Assembly (NCBI GenBank): GCA_951406725.2
Contig: OX597815.1
Coordinates: 56,296,001 to 56,360,000, forward strand
Length of the DNA: 64,000 nt
Origin: Octopus vulgaris
Taxonomy: Eukaryota
Direction: 5' to 3'
In this document: positions 11,535-24,422 of the stretch, in pieces
Layout of the letters: every line of letters starts with the position of its first letter
Position numbering within the stretch: the stretch's first letter is position 1
The notes under the pieces: model-generated
Told to the model about the DNA's origin: nothing
The model's input: only the letters and a program-made list of their open reading frames with translations
The model's database searches: none
Program-made: the position numbers and the translations under genes

Positions 11535-13365
11535 TCATATACAACACACAAATTTCTACACATGAACCCGGAGTTTCTACCCTTGACAGGTCGCTTCAAC
11601 CGTGTTTTCTGACGTGAATCTGCTACCCAGGTTTCGGTTAAACGAATTTCCCATGCTGACGATAAACATAGGATAATTCTTGGTTTTATCTGATTGTACT
11701 ATGATACCTTCCATATTTCGCATTTCTTTAAGTTTAATAGCTAAATGTCTTAAATATTCATTATGCCTATTTAGGTAGTTATGAAAACCTTATTTCTTTT
11801 TATGTTATTTATTTCTTGTGGATATAATTTAATAGTATTAGAGTATAATTTACTATATTATTATATGTTATATTAATATATTGGAACAATTTTAAACTTA
11901 GATACTTCTTAATACATAAATGATTATATATTATTTTATTAAGACCTATTAGTTATAGTAATATAAATTAATTTAATATTATATGTATATTTTATGTAAT
12001 AATTATTTGGAAGTTAATTTATAGTAAACAGTCATTTATTGTTCTTTTGTTATTCTATTTTCCTTTAATTCATGAAGCTTAAATATTTTTCGTCTTTTTC
12101 ATTAATAAATATTTTTCATCATTTTCCTTGATAATTTTATTCTATTTTTTACACGTCTTCACGGGTTTAATTTCTTATAAACGCTAAGACCTACATTTTT
12201 ACGTTTAAAATTCAGTTATATTATTTTCCTCAACAAGCTAAGTAAAGTTTTTTATTTAACAATATTATTTAACTTTTGAATTGTATTAAGTTTGATTATT
12301 ATTATTGTTACTATTATTGTTGTTAAAATATTAATTTTGTATATAATTTCTTGATAATGATTAGTTATGATATGTATATCTATTTATTTATTTATTATGC
12401 TGTATTATTATTTTTATAGTGTGATTTAACATATAATTTAATTTGAGAATTCGTTTTGTAAGACAATAGATTATTTAATAGTTAGGTGGTCTATTCATTA
12501 TGTAGTATTACATTTAAGTAAATTAGTTTTATATTAATTGATATTTTGGTCAACTATATTATTGAGTAAAATATTAAAGCTATAGATACTACATATATAT
12601 CAATAATATAGTTATTTTATCTAATAGGTGTGCTTATATTTGAATCATTTCCTATTTTTAATTCCATATTTTTAATGCTTGTACTAGCATTATGTATATT
12701 ACTTAACATTAAGGTTTTCAATATAAATTACTTAATGAGTCTAAGATTTTATTTAGATGTTTATTAAATGAATAAATTAATTAATCAATAATTTAATTTA
12801 ATGTATATAGTTTAAATTATAGTATTTAGTTTTCACTTAATGTATATTTTGTATCTTATATATTTATATATTTGTTTTAAATATTTTAATTAATTGTATC
12901 TTATTTTTTAAACAAGAATATATTTGTTAAGATATTTCGTATTTTACAAGATTATTTACATATATTTATTAATTTATCTAATTAATTATTTATTATTGCT
13001 GTTATCTTTAATCTGAAGAGTGGCTATATTTATATTGAAGTTATTTTACTACTGCTACTATTATTTTTACTATTATCATTTCTTAAATATAACCATGAAA
13101 CACATGTCATTATTCTACCAAATATATACGTTTTATTTATTATTTTTCACATTATTTAATCATTGTTATATGTTGTATCTTATATTTAATCTTTCTATAA
13201 TATGTCATTTTTCTAAATGGTATAATTTAATTTTTCCATATTGAATTGATAAAAGGTGTTTTTTTTCTAATTTATATATATATATTATATTTTGTTAAAT
13301 TTGATTTAGTATTTCTAAATTGAATTTTTCCCAGTAAGTTTGGAATAATATTCCCTCATATTATT

Positions 13366-13715
13366 CTTTTATTTGTTTCGGTCATTTGACTGCGGCCTTG
13401 CTGGAGCACCTCCTTTAGTTGAGCAAATCACCCCTAGGACTTATTCTTTGTAAGCCTAGTACTTATTCTATCAGTCTCTTTTGCCAAACCACTTAGTCAC
13501 GGGGCCATAAACACAGCAGCATCAGATGTCAAGTGATGTTGGTGGGACACAGACACACAAACATATACATACATATATATGCACAGGACTTCTTTCAGTT
13601 TCCGTCTACCAAATCCACTCACAAGGCCCGAGGCTATAGTAGAAGGCACTTGCCCAAGGTGCCATACAGTAGGACTGAACTCGGTCAGTAAGCAAGCTAC
13701 TTACCACACCACCAC
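13366..13715 (-). mobile_element. tRNA-derived CORE-type SINE (same family as 3418-3795)
   Basis: Colinear similarity to 3418-3795. Confidence 0.8.
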
Positions 13716-13778
13716 TCTTACATCTACATCTATATATATACATATAAACAAGAAAAAAGCAACAAAAATGGATTAATA

Positions 13779-13868
13779 TTTCGGTACAATTGTTTCGTAC
13801 GAAGACCACCTTTATTAAGGCTGCAAATATTGCAGCAAATACAAGTGACCCGTACTCATCAGCCGAAA
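13779..13868 (-). ncRNA. Minimal type I hammerhead with extended helix II
   Basis: Minus strand: tttcgg-CTGATGA-gtacg-[insert with gctgcaatatttgcagc hairpin]-cgtac-GAAA-caattg-TA-ccgaaa. Confidence 0.85.
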
Positions 13869-14500
13869 AAACATCTGAGTTCTCAAAACATCTAAGCGGG
13901 TGAGGCTACACGCCTGAAACATCAGGGATAGTTCTATAAAAATCAGATTTAGATAATAAACGGACTTCCAAAGTTCTTTAATGTTGCACAGTCATATAAC
14001 AGGCTTTAAAAAAGTATTTTAAAAAACCTCTTAGTTTCACAGAAATTGAAAATGTAAATCCATCCATAATAATGAAGTAGGTTTGAATTCTGGAGATATG
14101 AGGAGAGATTTCATACTCACAGACGATGTATTTATCCATAATTAGTCCATAATAAAGTGGGTTTCCTGATGTATGATGGTATGCTGGTTGCATTTCTGAT
14201 CATTTCTCAAAACTGCTATGTTAGAATTAGTTGAAGGAAATTTAGTGGAGCGTAGAGACAATCACTCACATAGGGTATAATGGGGTAACTGAGAGGAAAT
14301 GGGGTTGTAAATATCCAACTACGCAGAATAGTTTATTTCAGTGGAGACAAACTGACTGGGTCAGAATTTGTAAGAATCTAAGAGTTTTACCTACTTCTTT
14401 TCTAGTCTTTTGCATGATGAGCTGCACTGTATGCTCTCATATGATTTAGGGTATATGAAAGATGACTTGGTAGTGAAGCAGCTGACTACACTAGGCTAAC
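13869..14500 (-). mobile_element. Highly degraded PLE 3' end upstream of the HHR
   Basis: Frameshifted remnants resembling CSSC...VGKT and SLLIS..FKPT of a PLE GIY-YIG domain. Confidence 0.4.
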
Positions 14501-14621
14501 CTCTTAATTATTATTGTAAGTTTCAATTTTGTGAAGGCTGGCAGGTTTCCTTTGCTAAAACTAATTTTCAAATGTATGTAATTATTGTTAATATGAAAAG
14601 CATATTTTCTTCTTTTTTCAG

Positions 14622-14706
14622 ATGCTTTACTTCTCAGTGTATAACTACTTTTTAGCAGTAGTTCTTTATCTCATCACAACCAAATGCAGCACTACGTTTG
14701 CCCCAG
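14622..14706 (+). CDS. i-type (destabilase-family) lysozyme, coding exon 1 (signal peptide)
   Basis: ttttcag|ATG...MLYFSVYNYFLAVVLYLITTKCSTTFAP G|gtatcc; FAPG matches the mature N-terminus of bivalve i-type lysozymes. Confidence 0.85.
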
Positions 14707-15493
14707 GTATCCGATATCTTTTATTTATTTATTTATATATTTTCTATAAATAAGAACATAATACATCAGTAGGTTATTAATGCATGAAATACAAAAATGT
14801 AAAGAAAGAAAATCAATTAGAGCATAAGTAATCGATTTCAAAATAATAGGTTTGACAGAATTAGTGGGATAAAAGACTATGTGAATAAGAATAGTATAGT
14901 AAAATATGATGCTTGAAAAAGAGGAATATTCTATGTCCCAAAACATATCAAGTGTATTTCTGTATTCCTGTAAGAGTGTTTTGAATATATATTTGCTCAT
15001 GAGTGAAGACAAAATTATGACAAGGTATTAAAGGATATCAATGAAACTTAATAAATTATATGTAGTCTACAAAATTTGATGATCTTTAATTCTATGTATC
15101 AAGAGTTTCCCTAAACTGAGTTTTTTCTACAGCTGTTTGACAGATTAAGCAATGAGAATTGTATTCTCAGCACATTCATCTTCTCTACTGCTAGTTATTA
15201 TTCTTCCTCATTTCTCATTACTTTCTCCAATTACTTATTGTTAGAACCCAATATCATTAACCAGTACCATCTACCATACATCTTCATTGCAATCCATTAT
15301 TCTCTCCTCTATCACTTATTTTAAAATCTCCATCTCTCAGTCTCCACTGTCTCTTCCACAGCACTCACCTTCTCATCACATTCTTCTTCCCACCACACTG
15401 TTCATGCTGTTCCTTTTAAATCTTCTTATCAACAATCATCCTGTAACTATCCATTGTACTCTTTACCACTTCCCTTTATGACTTTCCCACTCT

Positions 15494-15529
<36 letters not shown>

Positions 15530-15659
15530 GATAAGGAAGACAATGATAATGATGATGATAACAATAATAATAATGTTTACAATGCAAAAATTGTGTGGTT
15601 TTAAATTAATTATTAGTTTATCTATTCAGAACCTTTATGATATCTTTTATCTCTTCCAG

Positions 15660-15697
15660 GAATTGTACCTGTAAGATGTTTGCAGTGCCTCTGTGAT
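15660..15697 (+). CDS. i-type lysozyme coding exon 2
   Basis: ttccag|GA ATT...IVPVRCLQCLCD|gtaagt; phases are compatible. Confidence 0.9.
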
Positions 15698-15989
15698 GTA
15701 AGTTTGTCCTTTTTATTTTAATTATTTATTATTAGTATTCTATCTCATGTTAAGTACAGAATATAAAATAGTACGCAATATGCAATGGCAGATGGAGGCA
15801 AATATAGTCATTATATGAGGAGGAATGTGTGTGTGTGTGTGCGTGTGCATGTGTGTGTGTGTGTGTGTGTGTGAGTGTGTGTGTGTTTTTTTGAGTGTCT
15901 AAATTACACAAAAATGAAAATAACACTGTCATCTCATTTTAACAGATATATTTAAGAAAATTACATAAAAATATCTTGAAATACTAAAG

Positions 15990-16765
15990 AGTAAATTTGT
16001 TTAATGAAATAATGAAATCACCATTGGCTTCAACCATGGTCTCCAGATGATTTCAAAATCTCCTGCAACTCTTCTGGGTGGTTTCCTTGTTTAAGTTGGT
16101 GAATGTTGCCATAATACTTGCCTTCAGTTCATCTTTGGTGTTACAATGAGTTTTGTTGGTCTCTCACTCAACTGTGACCCATGCATATTAATCAAGGGGG
16201 GTTGCAGTGTGGGTAGTTAGGTGGCCAGATATTAGGGATGATGTGGTTGCAGAAATTGTCTGACTGCTGTGACTGGGTTCTCCTGTTTGTGTGGCATGGT
16301 GCAGAGTCCTGTTGCCAGACATAGGGTCTTCCTGCAGCCACCCTCTTGACCCACGACAGCACTACTTCCTTCAGGCACTTGATATAGGCCACCGTGTTGA
16401 GTCTGGGTCATGTGGGAAGATGAATGGAGGCATAATGTCACCATCACTAGTGATCACTCCAAACACCATGATGTTAATTGGATATTTGATTTTCATCTCT
16501 ATCGGTACATGTCCTCAGATTGCACTGTCCCCCAGATTGACACCCAAGTACTCTGAAATGTTCATATTGGAGCTTCTGGTGCAAATGCCAAGGGGTACAG
16601 CATGTTGTTTCCAAATTTCTGGCCAGGTGAATTGCATCATGGTGCTGTTTTTCTCACAGACAGTGCCCAACTGACCATACTATACTGTGCAGTCAACAAA
16701 ACCAAAAACAATATGAGCAAAATTAAAAATATAAAATGGTGACAATTTGCTCATTTCACCCTGCA
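15990..16765 (-). mobile_element. Degraded Tc1/mariner transposon
   Basis: YVWQQDSAPCH and WPPNYPHCNP motifs of the DDE catalytic region, with frameshifts. Confidence 0.75.
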
Positions 16766-16768
16766 TAT

Positions 16769-16995
16769 ACTTTACTGACTCTTTGTAAACGTATCTTTAC
16801 TGCAAATATTGGGTTCTGCTTATAACAATTACATATGAGAACCAGAAGTTAAAGGTGAAAGGTTTAGATAATAAGTACTCACAGTAAATATGTGTGGTAA
16901 AAGAAAATCCATGAAAATCATTTCCCTTTATCAAATTTTACTGATAATTACATGTTAGTTACTAGCATTTTTGTTGCATGATGCCATAGTATGCT

Positions 16996-17039
<44 letters not shown>

Positions 17040-17269
17040 AGCATACTATGGCATCATGCAACAAAAATGCCAGTAACTAACATGTAATTATAAGTAAAAT
17101 TTGATAAAGGAAATGATTTTCATGGATTTTCTTTCTCTTACCACACATATTTACTGTGAGTACTTATTTTCTAAACCTTTCACCTTTAACTTCTGGTTCT
17201 CGTATGTAATTGTTATAAGCAGAACCCAATATTTGCAGTAAAGATACGTTTACACAGAGTCAGTAAAGT
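16769..17269. repeat. About 230-bp-arm palindrome centred on (TA)n
   Basis: 16769-16999 is the near-identical reverse complement of 17035-17269. Confidence 0.9.
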
Positions 17270-17752
17270 TTAAGCAATCATTAATAACAAAAGTGATAAT
17301 TTGTCAGTCTCAAAATGTAGTGGTGGTGGTGGTCGTCGCCATCGTCTGTGTGTGTGCACATGCATGTGTGTATGTGTGTGTGTGCATGTGCATGTATGCA
17401 CAGACATATGCCATAGTAATGTCTATAGTCATGTGAGTAGTGTGCACCTGAGAGTAAGTATACATATTTTTGCATCTGTGTAAGTGCTTTGTGACTTGTT
17501 TGTATGTTTGTAGTCATGAAGATAAGTGAATATTGATCTGTGTGTTTTTTCAGTGTAGGCCATGGCTATCAGAAAAACAGAATCCTTAAAAAATATATAT
17601 ATATATATATATATCTTTATTGATTACCCTTGAGAGATAAGAGATCTAGGTTCACAGGAATGTTCAGGCACCTCTCTGCAATTATAAACTAAATTCATAG
17701 TACAAGTCAAATTATGGAGATATTTGAAATTCAGATACAGTGTAGGTCATAT

Positions 17753-19182
17753 CATCATCATCATCATCATAGTTTAACGTCCGCTTTCCATGCTAGCATG
17801 GGTTGGACGATTTGACTGCGGTCTGGCGAACCAGATGGCTACACCAGACTCCAATCTGATCTGGCAGAGTTTCTACAGCTGGATGCCCTTCCTAATGCCA
17901 ACCACTCCGAGAGTGTAGCAGGTGCTTTTACATGCCACCAGCATGAGGGCCAGTCAGGCGGTATTGGCAACAGCCATGCTCAAATGGTGCTTTTTATGTG
18001 TCACCTGTACAGGCGCCAGTCCAGTGGCACTGACAACGACCTCGCTCGAATGTTTTTTCATATGCCAACAGCACAAGTACCAGTAAGGCGATGCAGGTAA
18101 CGATCACACTCGAATGGTGTTTTTTATGTACCACCAGCATGGAGGCCAGCTTGTTGCTCTGGCAATGATCATGCACATATGGTATTCTTAGTGCTCCAGC
18201 TTGTTGCTCTGGCAACGATCACGCCAGTCATCAAATTTGATTTTGATTTCAATTTCACTTGCCTCAACATGTCTTCACAAGCAGAGTTTAGTGTCCAATG
18301 AAGGAAAGGTGCACATAAGTGGGCTGGTTACACCCTTGGCATAGGCCACAAGGTTATGGTCTCACTTGAGCTTGCTGAGTCTTCTCAAGCACAGCATATT
18401 TCCAAAGGTCTCAGTCACTAGTCATCGCCTCGGTGAGGTCCAATGTTTGAAGGTCATGCTTCACCACCTCATCCCAGGTCTTCCTGGGTTTACCTCTTCC
18501 ACAGATTCCCTCAACCGCTAATGTGTGGCACTTTTTCACACAGCTATCCACATCCATTCTCGCCATATGGCCATACCAGCTCAGTCGTCTCCCTGGCATA
18601 CCACATCTGATGCTTCTTAGGTCCAACTTTTCTTTCAAGTTACTAACAGTCTGTCAAGTATGCACACTGACATTACACATCCATCAGAGCATACTGGCAT
18701 CATTCCTTGCGAGCTTTCACATGTCCTCAGCACTCACAGCCCATGTTTCACTGCCGTGTAGCATGGCTGTTCATACACATGCATCATACAGTCTGCCTTT
18801 TACTCTGAGCGAAAGGCCCTTTGTCACCAGCAGAGGTAAGAGCTCTCTGAACTTTGCCCAAGCTATACTTATTCTAGCAGCTACACTTTCAGCGCACCCT
18901 CCCCTGCTATTGACTTGGTCACCTAGGTAATGGAAGCTATCAACTACTTCTAGTTTTTCTCCCTGGAATGTGGCGGAAGTTGTTCTCTCCACTTTTTCAG
19001 TGTTTATTGCTCCTGAGCATCTGCCACATACAAAAACTATCTTCCCATTTAGCCTCCCTTTGATATTGCTGCACCTCTTATGTGTCCATAGAGTTTCTAC
19101 CTACACCTTTTCTACAGATCAAGCAGGGCCATCTACCTGAAGGGATTTGTGGTTTGCCTGCCTTCCTACTTAATAGGACTTT
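17753..19182 (-). mobile_element. 5'-truncated RTE-clade LINE with 8-bp target site duplication (TSD) GGTCATAT
   Basis: Homologous to the 3' part of 30417-34021; (GAT)n tail; GGTCATAT at 17745-17752 and 19183-19190. Confidence 0.9.
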
Positions 19183-19489
19183 GGTCATATAAAATTGTTA
19201 TTCAGTAGATACTGAAACAGAGAATTCTGTGACTATTAAACTTTTTTTTTTTAATTTTTAATTCATTTTTCTATGCACAGATATATATGTTTACATATTG
19301 TTTTTACAGATGTATTTTGTTTATCCCAGTGTTAATCATTCAACACAGCAATTTCAGTTCTTATATTGAGCCATGTTACAAAGATTATGTCAGTAATACA
19401 TTCCCACTTTTTGCTCATCATTTTCACATCTATCAGAAGAGTTTAAACTGGTTGTCAGTAGGAAAATTTGCATCTTTATAACCTAATTT

Positions 19490-20275
19490 TCATGGATGAA
19501 TCAGTCAAAGAATTAGAGTAGAAACCTCACACATAGAAGCAAAGCTTGGAATCAAGAGGTTTTAAAGTACATCTTGCAAAGACAAAAGTTGCTGTACTCA
19601 ATGCAGAAATATGTAGGTAGAAATGACATACACTACACCAAAAGTAAACTATGGGTACACAAGTGATGCAATACAATAACATGCTGGAATTTGTATGTAG
19701 CAAATGTGCAGGAGTAGTTGGCATAAAATGAAATCTTTAAAATACTCAAAAGATTCTCAAGAAATACTTGATAGTGTCTGTAACCTAAGAAACCTAATAA
19801 GCAGTGGAAAAAGTTCAGAAAGCTATTACAAATGAAGGTTAAATTCCATAATACTTACAAACAAATTGCTATGTTGTGTATCAGAGAAACATGAGTACTA
19901 AATACAGAAAGTGTATGGCGACTAGAACGCTGTATTGGATGTGTAATATACGTATAAATGTCAGAGCATGGAATGAACCAGTAGAAAAACTGGGTATAAG
20001 CATGATCATATGTGGTGTGCAAAGGAGAAACCTGAGCTGGTGTACCTCTGTGATTCATATGGAGAATGACAACTGGATAAAGAAGTGCCAGACAATCCTA
20101 AAGGAAGGAACATGTGGCTGGAGATGACCAATGAAGTAAGATGCAATTGAAAGTTGATCTTAAGAGCTAGAACCTCATAAAGGATAGGATAAAAAAACTA
20201 CAGCAAATAGCTGTGTTAGAATAGACTCATCCAATCTATGTTAACACAAAAAAAAAAACGAATATAAAGTGATGC
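19490..20275 (+). mobile_element. Old degraded RTE fragment
   Basis: Remnants KSLESRG.KV.LAKTKV, LYWMCN, DNWIKKCQT..EGTCG. Confidence 0.6.
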
Positions 20276-20913
20276 TCAGTATATGACCTGTATTTTAAAA
20301 TCCATTATTCAAGTACATAACCAATGTATAGCTCTGATATACATATATTTTTTCCATTCTCTTCACAACTCATCTTTATTTACTATTCACTGAAGAGACT
20401 TAATATTTTCTGTTACTATCCTTGTCTCAACGTTTTTTGTCCTTAGTCATCTATCATGTTCACATGACACCTCTGAATTGAACAATATTGTTAGGTGGAT
20501 GAGGCTGGAATGTTTGCATTATCATATTTCTGTATTTCCTCAACATTACAATTCTTAAGCACGCTTACCTACCTCTCCTTGTGGTCAAAATTGTTAGATT
20601 TACTACTATCTCCCTTAATTGTTCTGTCTTCTATTCCAGGCAGTGTGAAGATCCTTTGAGAAGCATATGTTGGTGTTAATTTTTTGATTTCTATTGAACC
20701 TTCTACTTGTGCTTCTAAAAGAAATGATGTACTTAATCTTCATTTGTTAATAAAAGGGGATAAAGTGGTGGTATTCACCACTCCCTTTAAAAATATGAAT
20801 CAGTTGATATGCAGGATTAATAAATCAAAGAATTATGCATTATCAATGTATCTGTAATGAGAGCAGGATTTAAAATGCATTATTTTCCATTCTTTTGTGG
20901 TTTTACTGTATGT

Positions 20914-20953
<40 letters not shown>

Positions 20954-21156
20954 ATCATGACTGTAGTTGTAAGTGAATGTCATTCATTTCCAATATTCTG
21001 CAAAACCATGTCTGGCCAAGGGGGAATATTATCTGGCTTGGAATCAGGCAAGGGTTGGTGACAAGAAGGGCATCAAGCTGTAGAAAATCTGCCTCAATTA
21101 CTTTTGTCCGATCCATGCAAGCATGAAAAGGGGACATTAAAACAATACATACATAT

Positions 21157-21478
21157 TACAGTTCTATATTTCAGAGATAAGGAATTATGGACATTATTTA
21201 CATTATTTACATTTGACTGATATTTGTCCTCATCTTGTTTATTGTTAACACAATGTTTTGGCTGATATACTCTCCAGCCTTCTTCAGGTGTCTTGGGGAA
21301 ATTTCGAACCTGAGTTCTCATTCCTATTCTCAACCTTAGGAATGAGAACCCAGGTTTGAAATTTCCCCAAGACACCTGAAGAAGGCTGGAGAGTATATCA
21401 GCTGAAACATTGTGTTAACAATAAACAAGATGAGGATAAATATCCATCAAATATAAATAATGTAAATAATGTAAATAA
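21157..21478. mobile_element. Fold-back HHR element (same family as 39760-40150), ending about 20 bp before lysozyme exon 3
   Basis: Inverted arms about 21192-21325 and 21336-21478; + arm HHR at 21371-21416: gacac-CTGAAGA-a-ggctg..cagct-GAAA-ca-TT-gtgtt. Confidence 0.85.
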
Positions 21479-21499
21479 AATACATATATATTTTTTTAG

Positions 21500-21611
21500 A
21501 TTGAAACCAGCTGCAAGCCTGCAGATTGCTATGGGGGTGATGGCCCAATTACATGTGGATATTTTCACATATCAAAAGCTTTTTATGATGCATGTGGGTC
21601 TCCAGAAAACA
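21500..21611 (+). CDS. i-type lysozyme coding exon 3
   Basis: tttttag|IETSCKPADCYGGDGPITCGYFHISKAFYDACGSPEN A|gtgagt. Confidence 0.9.
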
Positions 21612-22354
21612 GTGAGTAATTTTTTTTTTTTTTTTGAGAAAATAGAATCATTATCATCTTAAATTATCAACTACTTCTGCCAGTGCCCAAATGAAAATAT
21701 TAATACACCCAAGTTATCTCTAATGAGAATGTAGGCCTATACCAAAGTCCTTAACTCAAAATATTTGTACATTCAATGCAAATAATTTCAGATAGTGCCA
21801 CTTTTCTTTTAATAGGGACTATACATTTTCTCTTAAATATAACATGTCTCTCCAGACTTACATAGTATATCACCAAATATTTTAGTGTCAACAATCACTT
21901 TAACATACTTGTTTTCTCAAATCCAAAATTGACATCCTTAGTAACTGAAAATCACTTTGTATGAAGCTATGTTTGTGAATTATTTGGCACAGACAATTGA
22001 CAATGTTTCTTTTACAATATATAGCAAAGAAAATAAAATTATTTACTGTGGAGTGTTCATTTTTTCTGACATACAGAACATTGAGTTTCTAAGCCATGCC
22101 ATAACCTACTCTATTTTTTTTTGGGGGGGGGGGGCAAATATTCAATGGAAATGGTTGGTTTCTACAAATTAATATTTGTTATTTCAGTGATTTGATAAAT
22201 TGTCCTTCAACACAAATGAAAAGATAGCTGTGTAATTAAGAAGTTTACTTCACAATTATGTAGTTCAGTCCTACTACACAGCAAATACCTTCACCCTGAA
22301 CTTTGAGCTGACCAATACTTTAAGTGGAATTTGGTGGATGGAAACCAATGAATA

Positions 22355-22397
<43 letters not shown>

Positions 22398-22404
<7 letters not shown>

Positions 22405-23293
22405 AAAAAAGAAGTTTGAAAACGCCACTATATTAGATAAATTTTTATTTTCTTATGAATTTTACATGTTTCGGTTCTTGAAAAAACGAACCTTATCAAA
22501 AATATTATAAAAAGTGCAATAGAAAAGTTCATAGTTGTTTCTTACTGGTCTCAATAGAATCCATGTGGTGGTGTTTTGTCGGTAGTTGGTATAATCGCTA
22601 TATTATAGTTGCGTGTAGTAAAGAAGTTCATTATTCTTTCTTGCTGGTATCAAAAGGAACCGTCCTTGTGTTCCAGTGGAATGGTGGCAGCAGTAGTGAT
22701 TGTTGGTCGTAACCCCAACCACCACCACGGTTACTACTACTACGACCAACAATCACTACTGCTGCCACTATTCCACTGGAACACAAGGACGGTTTCTTTT
22801 GATACCAGCAAGAAAGAATAATGAACTTCTTTACTACACGCAACTATAATATAGCGATTATACCAACTTCCGACAAAACACCACCACATGGATTCTATTG
22901 AGACCAGTAAGAAACAACTATGAACTTTTCTATTGCACTTTTTATAATATTTTTGGTAAGGTTCGTTTTTTCAAGAACCGAAACATGTAAAATTCATAAG
23001 AAAATAAAAATTTATCTAATAATGTTCGTCCTTCGAGATCGAAGATGACCACTGACATCATCTGGTGGAACTGCCGCTATGAGACCGGAGGTGGCTGGTG
23101 AGGCCAATCCGGGCAAGGAAGCCCCTCCCACAGGTGGGGCAGAAGTGGGTAGGGGGCGTGCTACTGGTGCAGGCGGCTCTGGCTTTCCGCATCTGGCGTT
23201 TCTGCTCTGCTGACCGAAATTTATCTAATACAGTGGCGTTTTCAAACTTCTTTTTTACAAATATATACCCACTCATATACGATCTACTCTTAT

Positions 23294-23300
<7 letters not shown>
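22398..23300. mobile_element. Fold-back PLE-type element with a degenerate HHR per arm (22459-22503 on -, 22949-22993 on +)
   Basis: Arms 22398-22711 and 22741-23263; attt-TTGATAA/TTGGTAA-ggttc..gaacc-GAAA-catg-TA-aaat; (TA)n on both sides. Confidence 0.8.
23022..23216 (-). mobile_element. Short 3' fragment of a second RTE LINE family with a C2H2 finger and a 14-bp TSD
   Basis: HFCPTCGRGFLARIGLTSHLRSH; TSD AAATTTATCTAATA at 23008-23021 and 23217-23230. Confidence 0.9.
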
Positions 23301-23336
<36 letters not shown>

Positions 23337-24422
23337 TTTAATTGAAAAAAAAATTCTGTTTTACAGAAAAAGGGTTCTACAAAATGTTCAAACTTTAATT
23401 TTTTTTTAAAGAAAATTGTTATTTTATAGAAAAAGGTTTAATAAAATGTTGAGCCTTCAAAAGTTAGAAACTAGAATCGAAAAAAAAAAAAAAAATTTAA
23501 TTGGCATTTTGTTGCATCTTTTGAAATGCTTATCTCATTAGCAAACACATTTTATTTTTAAAGGGAGTGGTGAATACCACCACTTTATCCCCTTTTATTA
23601 ACAAATGAAGATTAAGTACATTATTTCTTTTAGAAGCACAAGTAGAAGCATTTAATGGGGATTAAGGATGGAAGGAGACAAATAATGGAATGGAGAGAAA
23701 GGAAAAAGGAGGAGAGAAGTAACATGAAACAAAGGTAGGTCCAGGAAGAAGAAGAATGAGCTATTCCAAGAGGAAAGCAGGAATGAGGGAATGAAGAAGA
23801 GAAAAGGAAAACGAGGAAGAAGACAGAAAAGGAGAAGAAGAAGAGAGAGAGAAGAAGCATGAAAGAGAGATAGGTTTGGGAAGAAGGATGATGTCCCAGA
23901 TAAAGAGAGAAGATTGAAAAATGGAATGGAGGAGAGAAAAGGGAAAGAAACAGGATGAAGAATTTATTATCAAAACTATTATTTTTTCAAAAGGTGCAAC
24001 AAAATGCCAATTAAATTTTTTTATTTTTCCAATTCTAGTTTCTAACTTTTGAAGACTCAACATTTTATTAAACCTTTTTCTGTAAAACAACAATTTTTTT
24101 TTTAGAAAAATTTGATGTCTGAACATTTTGTTGAACCCCTTTTCTGTAAAATGGAAATTTTTTCCATTTAAATTTCTTGTTTTTTAAGATTACGTTACAT
24201 CATTTATTATTTAGATTATCATTCAAGTACCATTGCCATCTTACTTTGTACATAAAATATATCCGATTATTTAGCCCTAGACCACTTCTGAGTTAGCAGA
24301 CCTTTGATCAAAGATGTTTCAGCTTAACCAGCCATTCTGTATTTCTGATATAGTACATTTAAAAATACATCATCAAATGTGTCTTTTCTAAGAGACAGCA
24401 GGAAGTACTTTGAGAGCAGTAT

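Noticed and set aside
22609-22843. Two nearly identical ORFs on opposite strands
   Set aside because: A consequence of the palindrome; no protein motif
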